Origin: Protoeuglena noctilucae
Lineage: Eukaryota
Direction of reading: 5' to 3'
NCBI GenBank assembly: GCA_958009085.1
Contig: OY253673.1
Coordinates: 1,302,001 to 1,366,000, forward strand
DNA length: 64,000 nucleotides
Below, piece after piece: positions 62,592-64,000 of the stretch. The notes under the pieces are model-generated. The model saw only the letters and a list, made by a program, of their open reading frames with translations, was not told where the DNA came from and did not search any database. A program made the position numbers and the translations under genes. The stretch's first letter is position 1; each line of letters starts with the position of its first letter.

Positions 62592-64000
62592 CTAAGCCGC
62601 AATGGCCTCCCCGCGCACTCCAGATCGCTTCTTAGCCGAACCCCCCGGCCTCGGCGCTGCTTCGTTGTTGACGCTCAGCGACCCCAGCAGCGACCGCACC
62701 GCCTCCCTTTCAGATGCCTCTGACGCTGCGTCACCGCGGCTCTGCGTCTCCGATTCGTCGCGAGAGGCTGCGGGGGGGATGGGGGTGGATTGTAGGTGTG
62801 ACTGGGCGGGGTGGGAGAGAGAGATGGCAGGGGACACTGACATGTGTGGGGGACATGGGACGGAGCATCCATGCACACCCCCTCCCACACCTACTCCCTC
62901 GCCGGCACCTGCCCCATGCACTCCCACTCCACTCCCTCCCCCATACACGCCCACCCCCACTCACCCGCACCCTGCCCCTCCCCCTGCGGCCCATCCTCGA
63001 TGTCCACCAGGTCCACCCACTCGCGCGCATGGGGCGGCAGCCCCGCCTGCTCCTTCCAGTGATCGACAAGCTTCTTCAGTCGCATCATCTCCTTGCTTGA
63101 CTCGTTCTTGGTCACGCTGCAGGTGTGTGGGGGAGAGTGGTGGGTCAGGGGGGAGCAGTGCGTGTGGTTGTGTGTGGGAGGGGATGGAGATAAGATGGGA
63201 CGTGTTGGATGGCCATGTGGGGTGGGGTGTTGAGGTGATGTAAATGGGAAACATTGCGAGCCTCTGATGCGTGCTGCGAACTCGCGCTAGCCTTGGTCAC
63301 CACCACCGTCCTCCCTCCCCCATCTATCCCCTCGCCAGTTCTTGCTAATCCCCATTCCACCACTCCCCCTTCCCCGACTCATCCCCATACCCCCTCGCCT
63401 GTTCTTGATGGTCCGCACGCGCTGGGCATACGTGAGCGAGTTCTGCGTCTCGTCGAGGTTGCCGTCCGTGGGGGACACGTTGACGAACATGAGCGTCTTG
63501 GCGTTGCCGCCGAGCGAGTCGGACATCAGCATGGTCAGTTTTGAATTCCGGTAGGGCACGTGGGGGGTGCCGGAGGCCAGGGCCGAGATGACGTCCCCCA
63601 GCGCGCTCAGGGACTTGTTGATCGCCGCCGCCTCCTTCTGCTGCACGCCCTCGGAGCCGGACTTCTTGAGGCGCTCCGAGCCAGCCAGGTCCACGAAGGA
63701 GAGCTTGCCGCGAGTGACGGACTGCGGGGGTGGGGGGGTGGGGGTGGTGGGTGGGTTGACATGCGCGGGGTGGGGATGGGGTTGAGGGGTGGGTGAAGGG
63801 GATGGGCGTGGGGTGCTGGTAAGGGTGCGAGGTGCCGGTTTCGCTTCAGCACCGCTGTTAATGTCCAGTCGGGTTGATGGAAAGGTGCAGGGGTGGTGTC
63901 GCGAGTTGCCACAATCAGTCACACCCCTGCGTCACCACACGCCACCCCCGCTGCTGCACCCCGCTATGCCACGTCCCCTGCCATGCCACAACCCCCTCCC
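62592..64000 (-). CDS. KCBP: Kinesin-like calmodulin-binding protein (kinesin-14), last three exons; the window ends in an intron
   Basis: Exon 63721-63398: [42 protein letters not shown]. Exon 63116-62965: calmodulin-binding helix [19 protein letters not shown]. Last exon 62767-62592. Confidence 0.92.

Overview
GC-rich, gene-dense eukaryotic nuclear DNA with spliceosomal introns. A flagellated green alga is inferred from outer-arm dynein IC1 plus KCBP; the species is not determined. Hand-splicing supports 13 protein-coding loci: AFG1-like ATPase (partial, missed by the ORF track), RAB6, a Pro/Gly-rich coiled-coil protein, DNAI1/IC78, RRP5, a ~4,100-aa PIEZO, a ~2,350-aa protein with an N-terminal CDCA7-type zinc finger, a secreted IPT/TIG protein interrupted by an in-frame TAG, an S9A oligopeptidase, PDI, a TPR-DnaJ protein, a Bet1/Sft1-like SNARE and KCBP (partial). 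The most unusual signals concern splicing architecture. About 19 of roughly 110 inferred introns use GC(GAG) donors. Many introns carry 'echo' copies of their own exon-intron junction. Introns run G-rich to C-rich, and the skew continues into exons. No RNA genes, transposases or CRISPR arrays were found. All gene models are manual inferences without transcript data.
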